The notes beneath the pieces are model-generated. The model did not search any database. It saw nothing but the letters and a program-made list of their open reading frames with translations, and was not told the DNA's origin. From Saccostrea echinata (taxonomy: Eukaryota), in the NCBI RefSeq assembly GCF_033153115.1, contig NW_026889759.1, forward strand, positions 13,144,001-13,208,000: 64,000 bases of DNA. The letters are read 5' to 3'. This document shows, piece by piece, positions 40,001 through 47,149 of this stretch (position 1 is the first letter of the stretch; the number at the start of each line of letters is the position of its first letter). The position numbers and the translations under genes are program-made.

Positions 40001-43000
40001 TTCATGGTAGGACATAAAAAATCTGGCTCAGAGGGGGTACCCCTCCCAGACCCTCAGTGCATCCCCCTTTCAAAACATCTGTTGATGGCCCTAAATATGC
40101 AATACAAATGTACATTCATTAACAGGTTGGGACCAAGCTCCCAAATGGGATATAATAGCCTGTTCAGGATAAAGTATTCCAACTGGTATATAAAACACTG
40201 CAAAAAATTAATATTTTTCATATAACTAAAAATGTTATAAATTTACATCAAAATGCTTCAAAATCAATAACTTTTGATGTATTCCCACTCTTTAGAAGAT
40301 TGATCCCTTGGAAGTTCCTTAACTTCTTGGGGATCATAATCTCAGTGAGATTCATAGAGACTAAAAATATTGGTCTGGCGCCTCTTCATTCATGGAGACA
40401 TCAGACCAAAATTTTTAGTCTCTATGAATCTCGCTGAGATTAAGGGATCAAACTTCCAAACATATGGGTTATAGAAAAAACTTGCTTGCCAAAAGTTGCA
40501 TTCAATTTTATTTCATATTTATGCAGATTTACTCTTTTTATGGCCAAAATGAATTATTATATCCAAACTGTTAAATATCATATGATAACAGAGTTTTTGA
40601 AAACCATCCAGCCCCAAGACCATAAACTGAGAACAGACTTAAGTCAACATTTCAAACCAATATAACTTTTGAAATAATTTTGATATTGAAACAAAATTTT
40701 CATCATATATTTTAATTTAAATGTTATGTGAAATTGCAAATTTTTAAGCAAATACATTAAGGAAAACTCAAGATATCAAAAATCAAAATTTTGACTTAAG
40801 TCTATTCTCAGTTTATGGTCTTGGGGCCTGTCCTACCAGCAAAACTGACAGAAAATTGAAATGTTCGATGCAATTCGTTATACAGGGTTCGAAATTCACT
40901 ATATACAACTCGCAAAATGCGAGTTAAAATTCCCAAATTGCGAGTTAAAAATTAGGTAACTCGCAAAAACTTGCAAGTCGATTTTTTTTGCATTGAAACT
41001 GTAGCAAAATTATATAATATGACAGAACACAATGCTTTTGATTTAAATCAGCAATTCAAATAAAAGCCACACTGTAGTTGTATTTTGTGTATTGTACAAT
41101 AGTTACTTTTTCCTTAAGTTACATGTTTATATAATTTATATTTAATTTATATAAATTCAACTTTATATGAAAATTGCAAGTAGTCTTGTAAAATTGCGAG
41201 TTCACTTTCTTGGTACTCGCAATTATTTGCGAGTTGTAATTTTAGGGAGTTTCTAACCCTGTTATATCACCGGTCCACATGACCGATCATTTTCTGTTTA
41301 CAATTCATTGTTTTTTTGTTTTTTTTGTACCCGTAAAGTTTTGTATTTTCATGGTAATCTTAAAAACCCTTTAGCAAGTTACTTTCCAGCAATATATCCA
41401 AAAAAAAAAAAAACTGGGGCAGATAATTCTAAGGCCATCCATTCCTTAAAAAATTGTTTGTTTGGAATTGCCGCTTGGGAGGTTTCAGACCCAGGAGGGA
41501 GGGAGGGAATTTTTTTTTTTTTTCAAAATTAAAGTTAAATTAAAAATTGATGATAAAAATCTCAATAAGGAATGAACACATTATTTTCTGCCTTTTTGTA
41601 AAGGGCATCTCCCATCAACCAGGAATCCAGTTTTGCTTAGATCCTACACTTATTAAGTGATTGGGTGGCACATATGGTAACTCATGAATTGATTGAATAA
41701 AAAAATCTACTTATTTTTGGTCAATAAAATTTTTCCAGTAATTACTCCAGTACAACTCCTTTTGTATTCTTCAATCTCCTTTTTGAGAAGATACACTCTG
41801 ATTTGCTACATTTCAACTAGCAATATATGGGACATATTCTAACTGTGGTGAGGGCTTGCTTGTCTCGAGACATATTAGATTATTTTAATTAATTGTACCC
41901 TAGCTGATCTATTGCATTAATTGTCTCACAACTGGAGTTGTTACGATCAGCAGAATCATTCACACTAAATCTGGGTACTTCCAAGGTGCAGTTAGGTTGG
42001 CATTGATGTTCTGCAGCAATTTGATGTGTACTTTCAGGTGAAATGAAATGACCAGTCCCCACCAATGTCATATTCTTTTGAATTACATCATGAATTATAC
42101 TAGAATTTATTCGGAGTTCGGACTGATAGAATTTGCTTCGGACTGGTAGAACATATTAAGTCATCAGTCCGAATGACTGATAGAAAATATTTGGTTTTTT
42201 TCGGAAACTCTGATAAGACGAGTTTTTAATAATCCCATTTGGGCGATTCGTCCCAATTAATTAACCTCGATCATGCTGATTAATACATCTTCAATCTTTT
42301 CGTATACTTCAATGTTATACTACAAGTATACCTAAATTTTCCTATTCATTTGTCATTAACTGATTATCCTCACCTGGTTTGAAATAATAATAAAAAAAAA
42401 AGGTGATGGAGCAGTCATCGATCCATCCCAAATTCTTCAGACCAGTTCACTACAAATCTCGCTGAGATTACACTTACCACCATTCGTAAAATGGATGGCT
42501 GTATTATTAGTATGTTTATTTTGAACACCATAACAATTTGCCACTGAAACGAAGCTATAAATTCTTAAAATCTGAAAAAATATCACTTCTGAGTCTGAAA
42601 TAGTATATTTGCTTTTCCCTCCAATAAGTCAATGGTTAAATCGTTCTTCATATAATTCGATTTTCATCTACAGTACAGCCTATTAGCGAGTTAACCCACA
42701 CTCGACGGGTACTTACTGACTCAGTCTCTGTTCTTATTCTGTTCTTATTTCCACGTGTAGACGTACTCATTTTGAAATATTCTGGAAGATATAACGTTAG
42801 AAACTACATTGCGTCTACTTTAGGGTTAGCTGCAGATCTGTAGAGTTCTCGCTGGTCTGAAAAAATTGGGATGGATCGATGACTGCTCCATCACCTTTTT
42901 TTTTTTATTATTATTTCAAACCAGGTGAGGATAATCAGTTAATGATAAGTTAACAAGAATCGTCCATCCCATTTTTTTTTCAGTCCAGCGAGCTACAGAT

Positions 43001-44893
43001 CTGCAGCTACTTTAGGGTGGGGTGGGGGATGAAGTAGTACAAATCAAGTTGGACATGACAATGGTTATAGTTTCAACAAGCTCATAAACGCAACATAGAT
43101 AAATTCAAAATAGTTCGCAAATTAAGATCAACGGAATCGATGTTTTAATGAATCGAGATATTACTGCGGCTGAAATGTGGGGGGGGGGGGGGGGGGGGGG
43201 GGGGTTGATGACGGGGAAGAGGAACTGTCTTGGTCAGCTTTACACTTAATCCTTGTCTCCGTAATTTTTTTTTTTTTTGTTAATATGTACAGGCTTATTT
43301 AAGAAAAAATATCAGACATTCTGTAGTTGACCATTTAAACAGTATAAAGTTTAGCTTAGAAAGCTTTATTCCAATTTCTGAATAATAGATATATAGTTGC
43401 ACATTGCTCCAAAAATAAAACTACTAGGTGACTTAGCAAGATATGAGGTTATCCGAAAATCTAAGGCTAATGTGATAAAAACGATTCATATATTAAGAAA
43501 AAAACATATGCAACAAGATAGTTGTGAAACTAGATAAGATCTCATTAACGCTATTGGTGTTTAAGCCACTTTAATCCGAGGCCTGTATGTTTCTCATCAA
43601 CAATGAAGAGGGGGAACTCTACGTCAAAATATTCACCTTAATCGACACACACTGGAGCTCATCTGGGCTCTCGTGAATGTCCTCACATTAAAAGGGAACA
43701 AATAGTTTAATTACAGAAATCAAACAAGAATTTCTACATGGAAGGGGGACTTCACACAAACTTCTTTTATCTGCAATTTCTACCGTAACAGCGTTTATGC
43801 CTTAAACCAATAAAACGACAATTCCTCGACCTATAATGTCCACAGATCTCATTCAAGGTGTTGACTGGTGCTGTTATCTGAATAAGTAAAATACGCTGCC
43901 TTATCGTAACATATTCTGAATAGCTTTGACATCAAATAAAAAAGCTCAAAGTACGAAAACGTTACCCAAACGCTTTCTGTAGAAATGCGAACAATTTTTC
44001 AGGTATAATACCTTGTACATCTCTTACTTGTTATGTCATATGTATTATAGGCACTTGCACCCACTAACTAAAACACTGGGAAGACAGCTAAAATTTTGAA
44101 ACCGGTAGGTTAATTAAATGGGCGAACATTTTTTAGCACTTTGAGGAAAGTGCATGCGAAAGCTGTAAGATGGTACATTAAACCCTAAACATGTCCGGGA
44201 AAGAACCGTTAAATGATTTTACCCCCTGACGTAGTTTTTGTTTGATTCTATCAAAATCTAAAGCAACAGTTGGAGGCGACGATTAACTCATTAGCTCCCA
44301 ATCTTTACAGCCTCATATCATCGAATTATCAGATGATCAGACTATAAAATGAGGAAGTGATGTTAGTTTCGTGTTAAAACACATTGCATATTAATGTAAA
44401 TTAAATGTTTAAATATTTTTTTTACTGAACATGTCAACTGTCGCAAGAATAAAATTTATGTGCAACAGAGGAATATAACAACAGTCATTCTATTATTAAA
44501 ATAGGTAAACCTTTCTGACACTGCAAAAATTTTAATTTAAGTTATACTCTGGGCAAATGATTCCCTTATAAAGTTAATCTGTTAATTCTCCAAAGATTAT
44601 TGGAATTAGCTTCGAAAGTGCCCCAGTATGTCGATTACAGGTGCAAGAAATACGAAGTAACTAAAATACTGCTGACATTTTAACATTTTCCGTTCCTATA
44701 AATATATGTTCCATTAGATAAGATGAAATCCCGTTTTAATCAAGGTAAATATAAAAATCGAATTTAGTTCAAACCGCAACCTTAGATAAGATTGTATCAC
44801 ACACTCTTTCCGACAGGTAGACTTACCTTGGCATTTGATTACAGGTAAAATTAACATCCAAAAGACAAACACAAACCAGGTGACTTCATTCAT
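9..44893 (-). CDS. LAMA1/2: Laminin subunit alpha-1/2-like gene (LAMA1/LAMA2/wing blister class), 47 coding exons in window, 3' part (most LG domains) lies beyond base 1
   Basis: Hand-spliced exons, all GT-AG with matching phases, give 6938 nt. LN starts [23 protein letters not shown] and has [15 protein letters not shown] and [17 protein letters not shown], as in alpha1/alpha2 chains. Four LE modules precede the first L4, and both globular short-arm inserts are L4 type, which is the alpha1/2 rather than alpha3/5 architecture. Confidence 0.95.
417..566 (-). CDS. LAMA1/2: Exon 46, LG1 start ([15 protein letters not shown]..)
   Basis: 150 nt; KVS..G.C.R.Y matches the alpha1/2 LG1 start. Confidence 0.93.
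725..879 (-). CDS. LAMA1/2: Exon 45, end of coiled coil (..[14 protein letters not shown])
   Basis: 155 nt, aag acceptor; I-x-QAR-x-x-A motif before LG1. Confidence 0.88.
970..1149 (-). CDS. LAMA1/2: Exon 44, coiled coil ([16 protein letters not shown])
   Basis: 180 nt, phase 1/1. Confidence 0.87.
1268..1440. mobile_element. Tc1/mariner-type MITE
   Basis: TIR CAGTGAAACCTGT..ACAGTTTTCACTG, TA flanks. Confidence 0.7.
1488..1604 (-). CDS. LAMA1/2: Exon 43, coiled coil ([18 protein letters not shown])
   Basis: 117 nt, phase 1/1. Confidence 0.87.
2156..2252 (-). CDS. LAMA1/2: Exon 42, coiled coil ([17 protein letters not shown]..)
   Basis: 97 nt, phase 0/1. Confidence 0.87.
2732..2870 (-). CDS. 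LAMA1/2: Exon 41, coiled coil (..[22 protein letters not shown]..)
   Basis: 139 nt; AA-x-x-Y-x-NI motif conserved in alpha chains. Confidence 0.93.
3041..3198 (-). CDS. LAMA1/2: Exon 40, coiled coil (..[12 protein letters not shown]..)
   Basis: 158 nt; V-x-x-AE-x-HA motif conserved in alpha chains. Confidence 0.92.
3488..3604 (-). CDS. LAMA1/2: Exon 39, coiled coil ([14 protein letters not shown])
   Basis: 117 nt, phase 0/0. Confidence 0.87.
3742..3937 (-). CDS. LAMA1/2: Exon 38, coiled coil (LAEKLSEEV..)
   Basis: 196 nt, phase 2/0. Confidence 0.9.
4094..4270 (+). mobile_element. Tc1/mariner(pogo)-type MITE
   Basis: CAGTTGAACTTCG..GAGGTTTGACTG ends with TA flanks; related copies at 5247-5405 and 32049-32185. 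Confidence 0.75.
4411..4567 (-). CDS. LAMA1/2: Exon 37, coiled coil ([16 protein letters not shown]..)
   Basis: 157 nt, phase 1/2. Confidence 0.9.
4791..4902 (-). CDS. LAMA1/2: Exon 36, coiled coil ([15 protein letters not shown]..)
   Basis: 112 nt, phase 0/1. Confidence 0.85.
5247..5405 (-). mobile_element. Same MITE family as 4094-4270, opposite orientation
   Basis: GGTAAAATACATAAAGAATAAGTGGTTGGGACTTCC is the near reverse complement of the core of the 4094 copy. Confidence 0.7.
5616..5708 (-). CDS. LAMA1/2: Exon 35, coiled coil ([14 protein letters not shown]..)
   Basis: 93 nt, cag/GTGAG. Confidence 0.85.
5912..6054 (-). CDS. LAMA1/2: Exon 34, start of coiled coil ([17 protein letters not shown]..)
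   Basis: 143 nt; CD-x-x-C Cys pair typical of the start of domain II. Confidence 0.92.
6301..6491 (-). CDS. LAMA1/2: Exon 33, last LE modules (CAEGYYGNP...GKCV)
   Basis: 191 nt, phase 2/1. Confidence 0.93.
7840..7923 (-). CDS. LAMA1/2: Exon 32, LE ([14 protein letters not shown]...RCE)
   Basis: 84 nt, phase 2/2. Confidence 0.92.
7996..8153. repeat. 79-bp tandem duplication spanning the exon 31 donor
   Basis: Two diverged units gacat(c/t)aaggttaat...tgctaggaca; second donor-like AA|GTAAT with exon end 8055. Confidence 0.8.
8134..8255 (-). CDS. LAMA1/2: Exon 31, LE ([14 protein letters not shown]...CICPSIDN)
   Basis: 122 nt, phase 0/2. Confidence 0.92.
8540..8680 (-). CDS. LAMA1/2: Exon 30, LE (DPAEGYYR...[19 protein letters not shown])
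   Basis: 141 nt, phase 0/0. Confidence 0.92.
8726..9937. mobile_element. Non-autonomous TTAA-specific DNA transposon (Kolobok-like)
   Basis: TTAA|AGGGTTTTTATCAC...GTGATAAAAACCCT|TTAA; purine-starting TIR with TTAA TSD; no ORF. Confidence 0.8.
10347..10461 (-). CDS. LAMA1/2: Exon 29, L4b end / LE ([16 protein letters not shown])
   Basis: 115 nt, phase 2/0. Confidence 0.93.
10757..10875 (-). CDS. LAMA1/2: Exon 28, L4b ([25 protein letters not shown])
   Basis: 119 nt, phase 0/2. Confidence 0.92.
11041..11223 (-). CDS. LAMA1/2: Exon 27, L4b ([10 protein letters not shown]...VKFHP)
   Basis: 183 nt, cag/GTAAG. Confidence 0.92.
11344..11517 (-). CDS. LAMA1/2: Exon 26, L4b (..[14 protein letters not shown])
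   Basis: 174 nt, YW-x-LP-x-x-YLG motif. Confidence 0.92.
11908..12676. mobile_element. hAT-type non-autonomous element
   Basis: TIR TAGGGGTGCAACGAT / ATCGTTGCACTCTTA; 8-bp TSD ATCACGAT/ATCAAGAT; subterminal GATAC repeats. Confidence 0.8.
12772..12912 (-). CDS. LAMA1/2: Exon 25, LE / split LE ([11 protein letters not shown]...[10 protein letters not shown])
   Basis: 141 nt, phase 0/0. Confidence 0.93.
13587..13990 (-). repeat. ~108-bp tandem repeat derived from the exon 24 3' end plus donor (3 extra copies; decayed copies down to ~13200)
   Basis: Spacings between donors are 108, 104 and 112 nt; ~61 nt of the first copy are identical to the exon end. Confidence 0.92.
13911..14144 (-). CDS. 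LAMA1/2: Exon 24, LE (PCNCNLQTS...GQCQCK); duplicated alternative donors downstream
   Basis: 234 nt using the first GTAAGT donor; further copies of the donor give exon ends at 13803, 13699 and 13587. Confidence 0.9.
14260..14399 (-). CDS. LAMA1/2: Exon 23, LE ([19 protein letters not shown]...GCK)
   Basis: 140 nt, phase 1/0. Confidence 0.93.
14797..14980 (-). CDS. LAMA1/2: Exon 22, LE ([17 protein letters not shown]...GCK)
   Basis: 184 nt, phase 0/1. Confidence 0.93.
15668..15777 (-). CDS. LAMA1/2: Exon 21, LE (DCRCNNEGT...RCNMCK)
   Basis: 110 nt, phase 1/0. Confidence 0.93.
16051..16228 (-). CDS. LAMA1/2: Exon 20, LE ([19 protein letters not shown]...GCK)
   Basis: 178 nt, phase 0/1. Confidence 0.93.
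16500..16606 (-). CDS. LAMA1/2: Exon 19, LE (ACSCDLNGS...RCDQCQ)
   Basis: 107 nt, phase 1/0. Confidence 0.93.
17000..17208 (-). CDS. LAMA1/2: Exon 18, LE (CAPGYYGDP...GDCT)
   Basis: 209 nt, phase 2/1. Confidence 0.94.
17417..17643 (-). CDS. LAMA1/2: Exon 17, LE ([14 protein letters not shown]...DRCER)
   Basis: 227 nt, phase 0/2. Confidence 0.94.
18168..18281 (-). CDS. LAMA1/2: Exon 16, LE (ECESGYRRV...TGKCI)
   Basis: 114 nt, aag acceptor after poly-T, GTGAG donor. Confidence 0.92.
18509..18620 (-). CDS. LAMA1/2: Exon 15, L4a end / LE ([16 protein letters not shown])
   Basis: 112 nt, phase 2/0. Confidence 0.93.
18719..18972 (-). mobile_element. Truncated Helentron-associated HINE with Cg170-like monomer
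   Basis: Reverse complement of TTTTAGCTCACCTGAGCTGAAAGCTCAAGTGAGCT head, plus satellite sequence matching 53741-54690. Confidence 0.8.
18982..19462 (-). mobile_element. HINE / pearl-CvA-like element, copy 1
   Basis: subTIR TAGTCCCCTACCGG, GACA microsatellite, two ~139-bp core repeats, terminal hairpin GTATTGCATTAGCAATAC. Confidence 0.85.
19649..20146 (-). mobile_element. HINE / pearl-CvA-like element, copy 2
   Basis: Highly similar to copy 1, with a longer GACA tract; same orientation. Confidence 0.85.
20198..20418 (-). CDS. LAMA1/2: Exon 14, L4a (..[18 protein letters not shown]..)
   Basis: 221 nt, phase 0/2. Confidence 0.92.
20561..20662 (-). CDS. LAMA1/2: Exon 13, L4a ([12 protein letters not shown]...DVIIQ)
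   Basis: 102 nt, SYGG-x-L-x-Y motif. Confidence 0.93.
20810..21007 (-). CDS. LAMA1/2: Exon 12, L4a (..[13 protein letters not shown])
   Basis: 198 nt, YW-x-AP-x-x-YLGN L4 motif. Confidence 0.92.
23067..23207 (-). CDS. LAMA1/2: Exon 11, LE4 / split LE5 ([11 protein letters not shown]...[10 protein letters not shown])
   Basis: 141 nt, cag/GTAAG. Confidence 0.94.
23436..23591 (-). CDS. LAMA1/2: Exon 10, LE3-4 ([16 protein letters not shown]...CVCK)
   Basis: 156 nt, phase 0/0. Confidence 0.93.
23700..24802 (-). mobile_element. Decayed HINE-like element interrupted by a Harbinger MITE
   Basis: gagctcacct subTIR near 23725, head remnant gtcgaggtgaggtaaa near 24800, repeated core tatagttacttgggaat at 23837 and 24696. 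Confidence 0.55.
23860..24472. mobile_element. PIF/Harbinger-type MITE
   Basis: TIR GGCTGGGATTCATAAA, 3-bp CTG TSD, many CTTAAG subterminal motifs. Confidence 0.8.
24812..25224. mobile_element. PIF/Harbinger-type MITE
   Basis: ~35-bp TIR GGCCAAAAAAAATAATAGTCTTGTTTCCTGCTACC, TGA TSD; ends 31 nt from the exon 9 donor. Confidence 0.85.
25256..25420 (-). CDS. LAMA1/2: Exon 9, LE2-3 ([18 protein letters not shown]...)
   Basis: 165 nt, follows an 83-nt intron. Confidence 0.93.
25504..25622 (-). CDS. LAMA1/2: Exon 8, LE2 ([12 protein letters not shown]...GGGVCIDCK)
   Basis: 119 nt, phase 1/0. Confidence 0.93.
26266..26377 (-). CDS. LAMA1/2: Exon 7, LE1 ([19 protein letters not shown]...)
   Basis: 112 nt, phase 0/1. 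Confidence 0.92.
26538..26627 (-). CDS. LAMA1/2: Exon 6, LN end / LE1 ([20 protein letters not shown])
   Basis: 90 nt, cag/GTAAG. Confidence 0.95.
26808..27380 (-). mobile_element. Decayed HINE-like element
   Basis: aacaag...ggtcacctgag at one end and ctcaggtgagcg at the other; degenerate satellite core. Confidence 0.5.
27673..27795 (-). CDS. LAMA1/2: Exon 5, LN ([23 protein letters not shown]...VTRR)
   Basis: 123 nt, cag/GTAAG. Confidence 0.95.
28801..28860 (-). CDS. LAMA1/2: Exon 4, LN ([20 protein letters not shown])
   Basis: 60 nt, tag/GTAAG, NGRPG motif. Confidence 0.93.
29325..29567 (-). CDS. LAMA1/2: Exon 3, LN domain ([20 protein letters not shown]...PLENGE)
   Basis: 243 nt, phase 0/0, conserved LN motifs. 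Confidence 0.95.
32049..32185 (-). mobile_element. Truncated copy of the 4094/5247 MITE family
   Basis: ttatctcgaactc...ggtaaaatacttaaaaaataagtggttggg core. Confidence 0.65.
37184..37372. mobile_element. Decayed TACTGTA-type MITE
   Basis: tactgtatacaggg..ttcgccc / gggcgaaaataacc inverted subterminal motifs. Confidence 0.5.
38121..38412. mobile_element. GC-rich MITE (CAGGCG/CAGTGGCGGAT-type ends)
   Basis: caggcatggatccag...aaatccgccactg; G/C-run hairpin gggggtgcgcgccgggtgcgccccc; ccctg on both flanks. Confidence 0.7.
38624..38913 (-). CDS. LAMA1/2: Exon 2, LN domain ([12 protein letters not shown]...WWQSPTL...LDLKQ)
   Basis: ttttcag acceptor, GTAAAT donor, 290 nt. Confidence 0.95.
38993..40021 (-). 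mobile_element. HINE-like element with ~5.5 tandem 146-bp core repeats
   Basis: Units at 39223, 39368, 39514, 39660 and 39806, followed by a degenerate GACA/GATG tract and ggacataaaaa end. Confidence 0.75.
40337..40442. mobile_element. Palindromic MITE (TAATCTCAGCGAGA ends)
   Basis: ~45-bp arms; 8-bp TSD GGGGATCA/AGGGATCA. Confidence 0.75.
40611..40827. mobile_element. MITE with ~37-bp TIR GCCCCAAGACCATAAACTGAGAA
   Basis: Near-perfect inverted ends. Confidence 0.75.
40883..41261. mobile_element. hAT-like MITE (CAGGGTT ends, subterminal GCGAGT/ACTCGC repeats)
   Basis: CAGGGTTCGAAATT..AGTTTCTAACCCTG; ttata on both flanks. Confidence 0.7.
42827..43009. mobile_element. MITE with 9-bp TSD (Mutator-like)
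   Basis: TIR TAGCTGCAGATCTGTAG, perfect TSD CTTTAGGGT on both sides. Confidence 0.8.
44827..44893 (-). CDS. LAMA1/2: Laminin alpha exon 1: signal peptide [22 protein letters not shown]
   Basis: ATG, hydrophobic core, G|GTAAGT donor; phase 1 matches exon 2 (G+AT=Asp). Confidence 0.85.
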
Positions 44894-45120
44894 TTTTCAA
44901 TATTATTCATAAAAATATACCCATTTGTATAAAAATCATTTTATCCGATTTCTGACTTCACTACACCTATGGAGAAAGCAGACGCTCTCTAAATTTCCCG
45001 GCCCGTCACGCATGGGAGCCCACACTCTGACCGTAAAAATACCACTATAGTCTGTTTCCGGCCTAACAGCGTACCTGTGGAAGTTTTGCAGAGAAAGCAG
45101 AATTTCCTCCACTGGCATAA
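44894..45120 (-). promoter_or_regulatory. Probable 5' UTR / proximal promoter of the laminin gene with uORFs
   Basis: Directly upstream of the ATG; local CpG/GC enrichment at 44995-45075; TSS not determinable. Confidence 0.45.
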
Positions 45121-45642
45121 CTAATGAATGAATGCCGTTACTGATAACAATCTACATGTATATAATGTACTTTTGTCGATTGGTCTGATAGATTTTAATC
45201 AAAATGCATAGAACATCCTGATTGGAGAGAACAAAACAATACTATTAATTGTTGGATCATCACCCCCCCCCCCCCCTTAAAGTTTCGTAGATCGTATAGA
45301 GGAGTTATAAGATATATATTCAAATTTACCTTATCCAAAATCAAAGAATGAAAAGCATAATAAAAACTTTTTAACATAATAAATGCTTTTTTAGGTGAAC
45401 TTTTATTACATGTATTTTGAAAATGATCATGATTCAAATTGTTAAAAGTGAATATGTTAAAACAATTCATGTGCTAATTGAATATGTATTACATGTATAT
45501 ATACAGTTCATATATTCCGACCCAGAAAGTAAACTCGGGTAAAGAATCAACGAAAGCACTATTCTATGTAATTTTAAGACAGAATGCCGTGGAATGGAGG
45601 AGTTATTCCTCTTATCTCAAACCCTAAATGCTTGGTTTGAGT

Positions 45643-45688
45643 GAGAGAGAGAGAGAGAGACTCAGAGAGGTAGAGAGAGAGAGAGAGT
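45643..45688. repeat. Interrupted (GA)n microsatellite upstream of the gene
   Basis: gagagagaga..ctcagagaggtagagagagagagagag. Confidence 0.85.
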
Positions 45689-46271
45689 TCCTTCTATATA
45701 CAACGGAAATGGTGACAGTATCGAAAAAGAATTCATCCTCATTGGAAGAGGTACCATTTATAGTGGTTTAATCGAAATGGTAAATAAATTCAGAAGTTTT
45801 TACAGTAGAGCTCCTTTATGTCAGCGAACGTTAACTCTAACCAAACTATCAAACCAATCATACAACAAAAAACTGGCAAACGTTATAGACGCAAAATCCA
45901 TTTGATATATATCAGTTAACTTTTATGATGCGTTTTCTTGACCTACTACTTAGCTTGACGGTAATACTATATATGTAGTGATTTTTCACATGGTATGAAT
46001 TAATTCTGAATTAATTCATTAACATTTGCTTAAGCACCAAATCTTACTATTGCCCCTCCAATAGAGATCTTATATTCATATTAAAGGTCCATCTTTGATA
46101 TCTCATATTTGCCAGTCAGAAATATTGTAGATGGAGCTAGATTTCATCTTCGCTAGCAGATCGTTTGTCAAAAGACGATCAGGAGCAATCTCCCTTGCAG
46201 GAGTGTCGTTCGTTCCTCTCTGAATGTAATAATGAGCCGGGAGCTTTGATCAAGCATACTGAGACAATTCG

Positions 46272-46459
46272 TACGAAAGCCCATTGAGCTCAGTTTCGTA
46301 GGTTGAAAAAAAAATCGCATTATAACGCAAAAGTTTCGCGTTTATTCGCGAAAGTTACGAGTAATAACGCGAAAGTTTCGCGTTTATTCGCGGAAGTTTC
46401 GATTATTTTATTTATATTATTTTTTTTACCTACGAAAATGAGTTAAATGGGCTTTTGTA
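46272..46459. mobile_element. MITE with internal ~21-bp minisatellite
   Basis: TIR TACGAAAGCCCATT/AATGGGCTTTTGTA; repeated cgcgaaagtttcgcgtttatt; flanks aattcg/agttcg. Confidence 0.7.
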
Positions 46460-46711
46460 AGTTCGTGAGTTAGCAAAATTATAGTTTTCTTTGATCAGAC
46501 TTATCTCCTTAAAACTCGTTAATTACGACATAAGAAAGTCGTAACCAAAAGTCAACAAGACGTTAAATATCGTAATAACGAGAAAAAATTGACTTAATTT
46601 AATTTTAACTATACCGTAGTTCTCGCATTTATATCTAACGAATTTTTGTCTAAGTAATATCTAATTCTTATTTCTTTTTTATTATTATTATTTAGTGATG
46701 ACGATCAGCTT

Positions 46712-46716
46712 TTTTA

Positions 46717-46752
<36 letters not shown>

Positions 46753-46955
46753 TATCGAAGGGTGTCCGGTGCCCGTTTGTCGTCTGTAAACTTCTCACAT
46801 TATCGACTTCTTCTCATGAACCAATGGACCAATTTCAACCGAACATGCCACAAAAGCATCCTCGGGAGGAAATTCATGTATCTTCAAATAAGGACTACAT
46901 CCTCTTTCAAGGGGAGATAATACAGAATTAATGAAAATTTTATGACATCTATTGA
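46712..46955 (+). mobile_element. 5' part of a HINE (Cg170-carrying family)
   Basis: AGCTCACCTGAGCCGAAAGCTCAAGTGAGCTTTT head aligned with the 53461 element. Confidence 0.75.
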
Positions 46956-47149
46956 AAGGGACATAGACACAGATTTGAAGTTAATATTTTCTCAAATTTT
47001 CTGTATAATATCATGACTTAAATGTTGCTATAGCATTTCACATGGAAATAGAATAAAAATCTTATTTTATCTGGATATTATTGAAACTACGAATTTCGGG
47101 ACTCGTTTGATTGGCACATCCTTGCACTTTTACAAAGTAGACTTTATCC

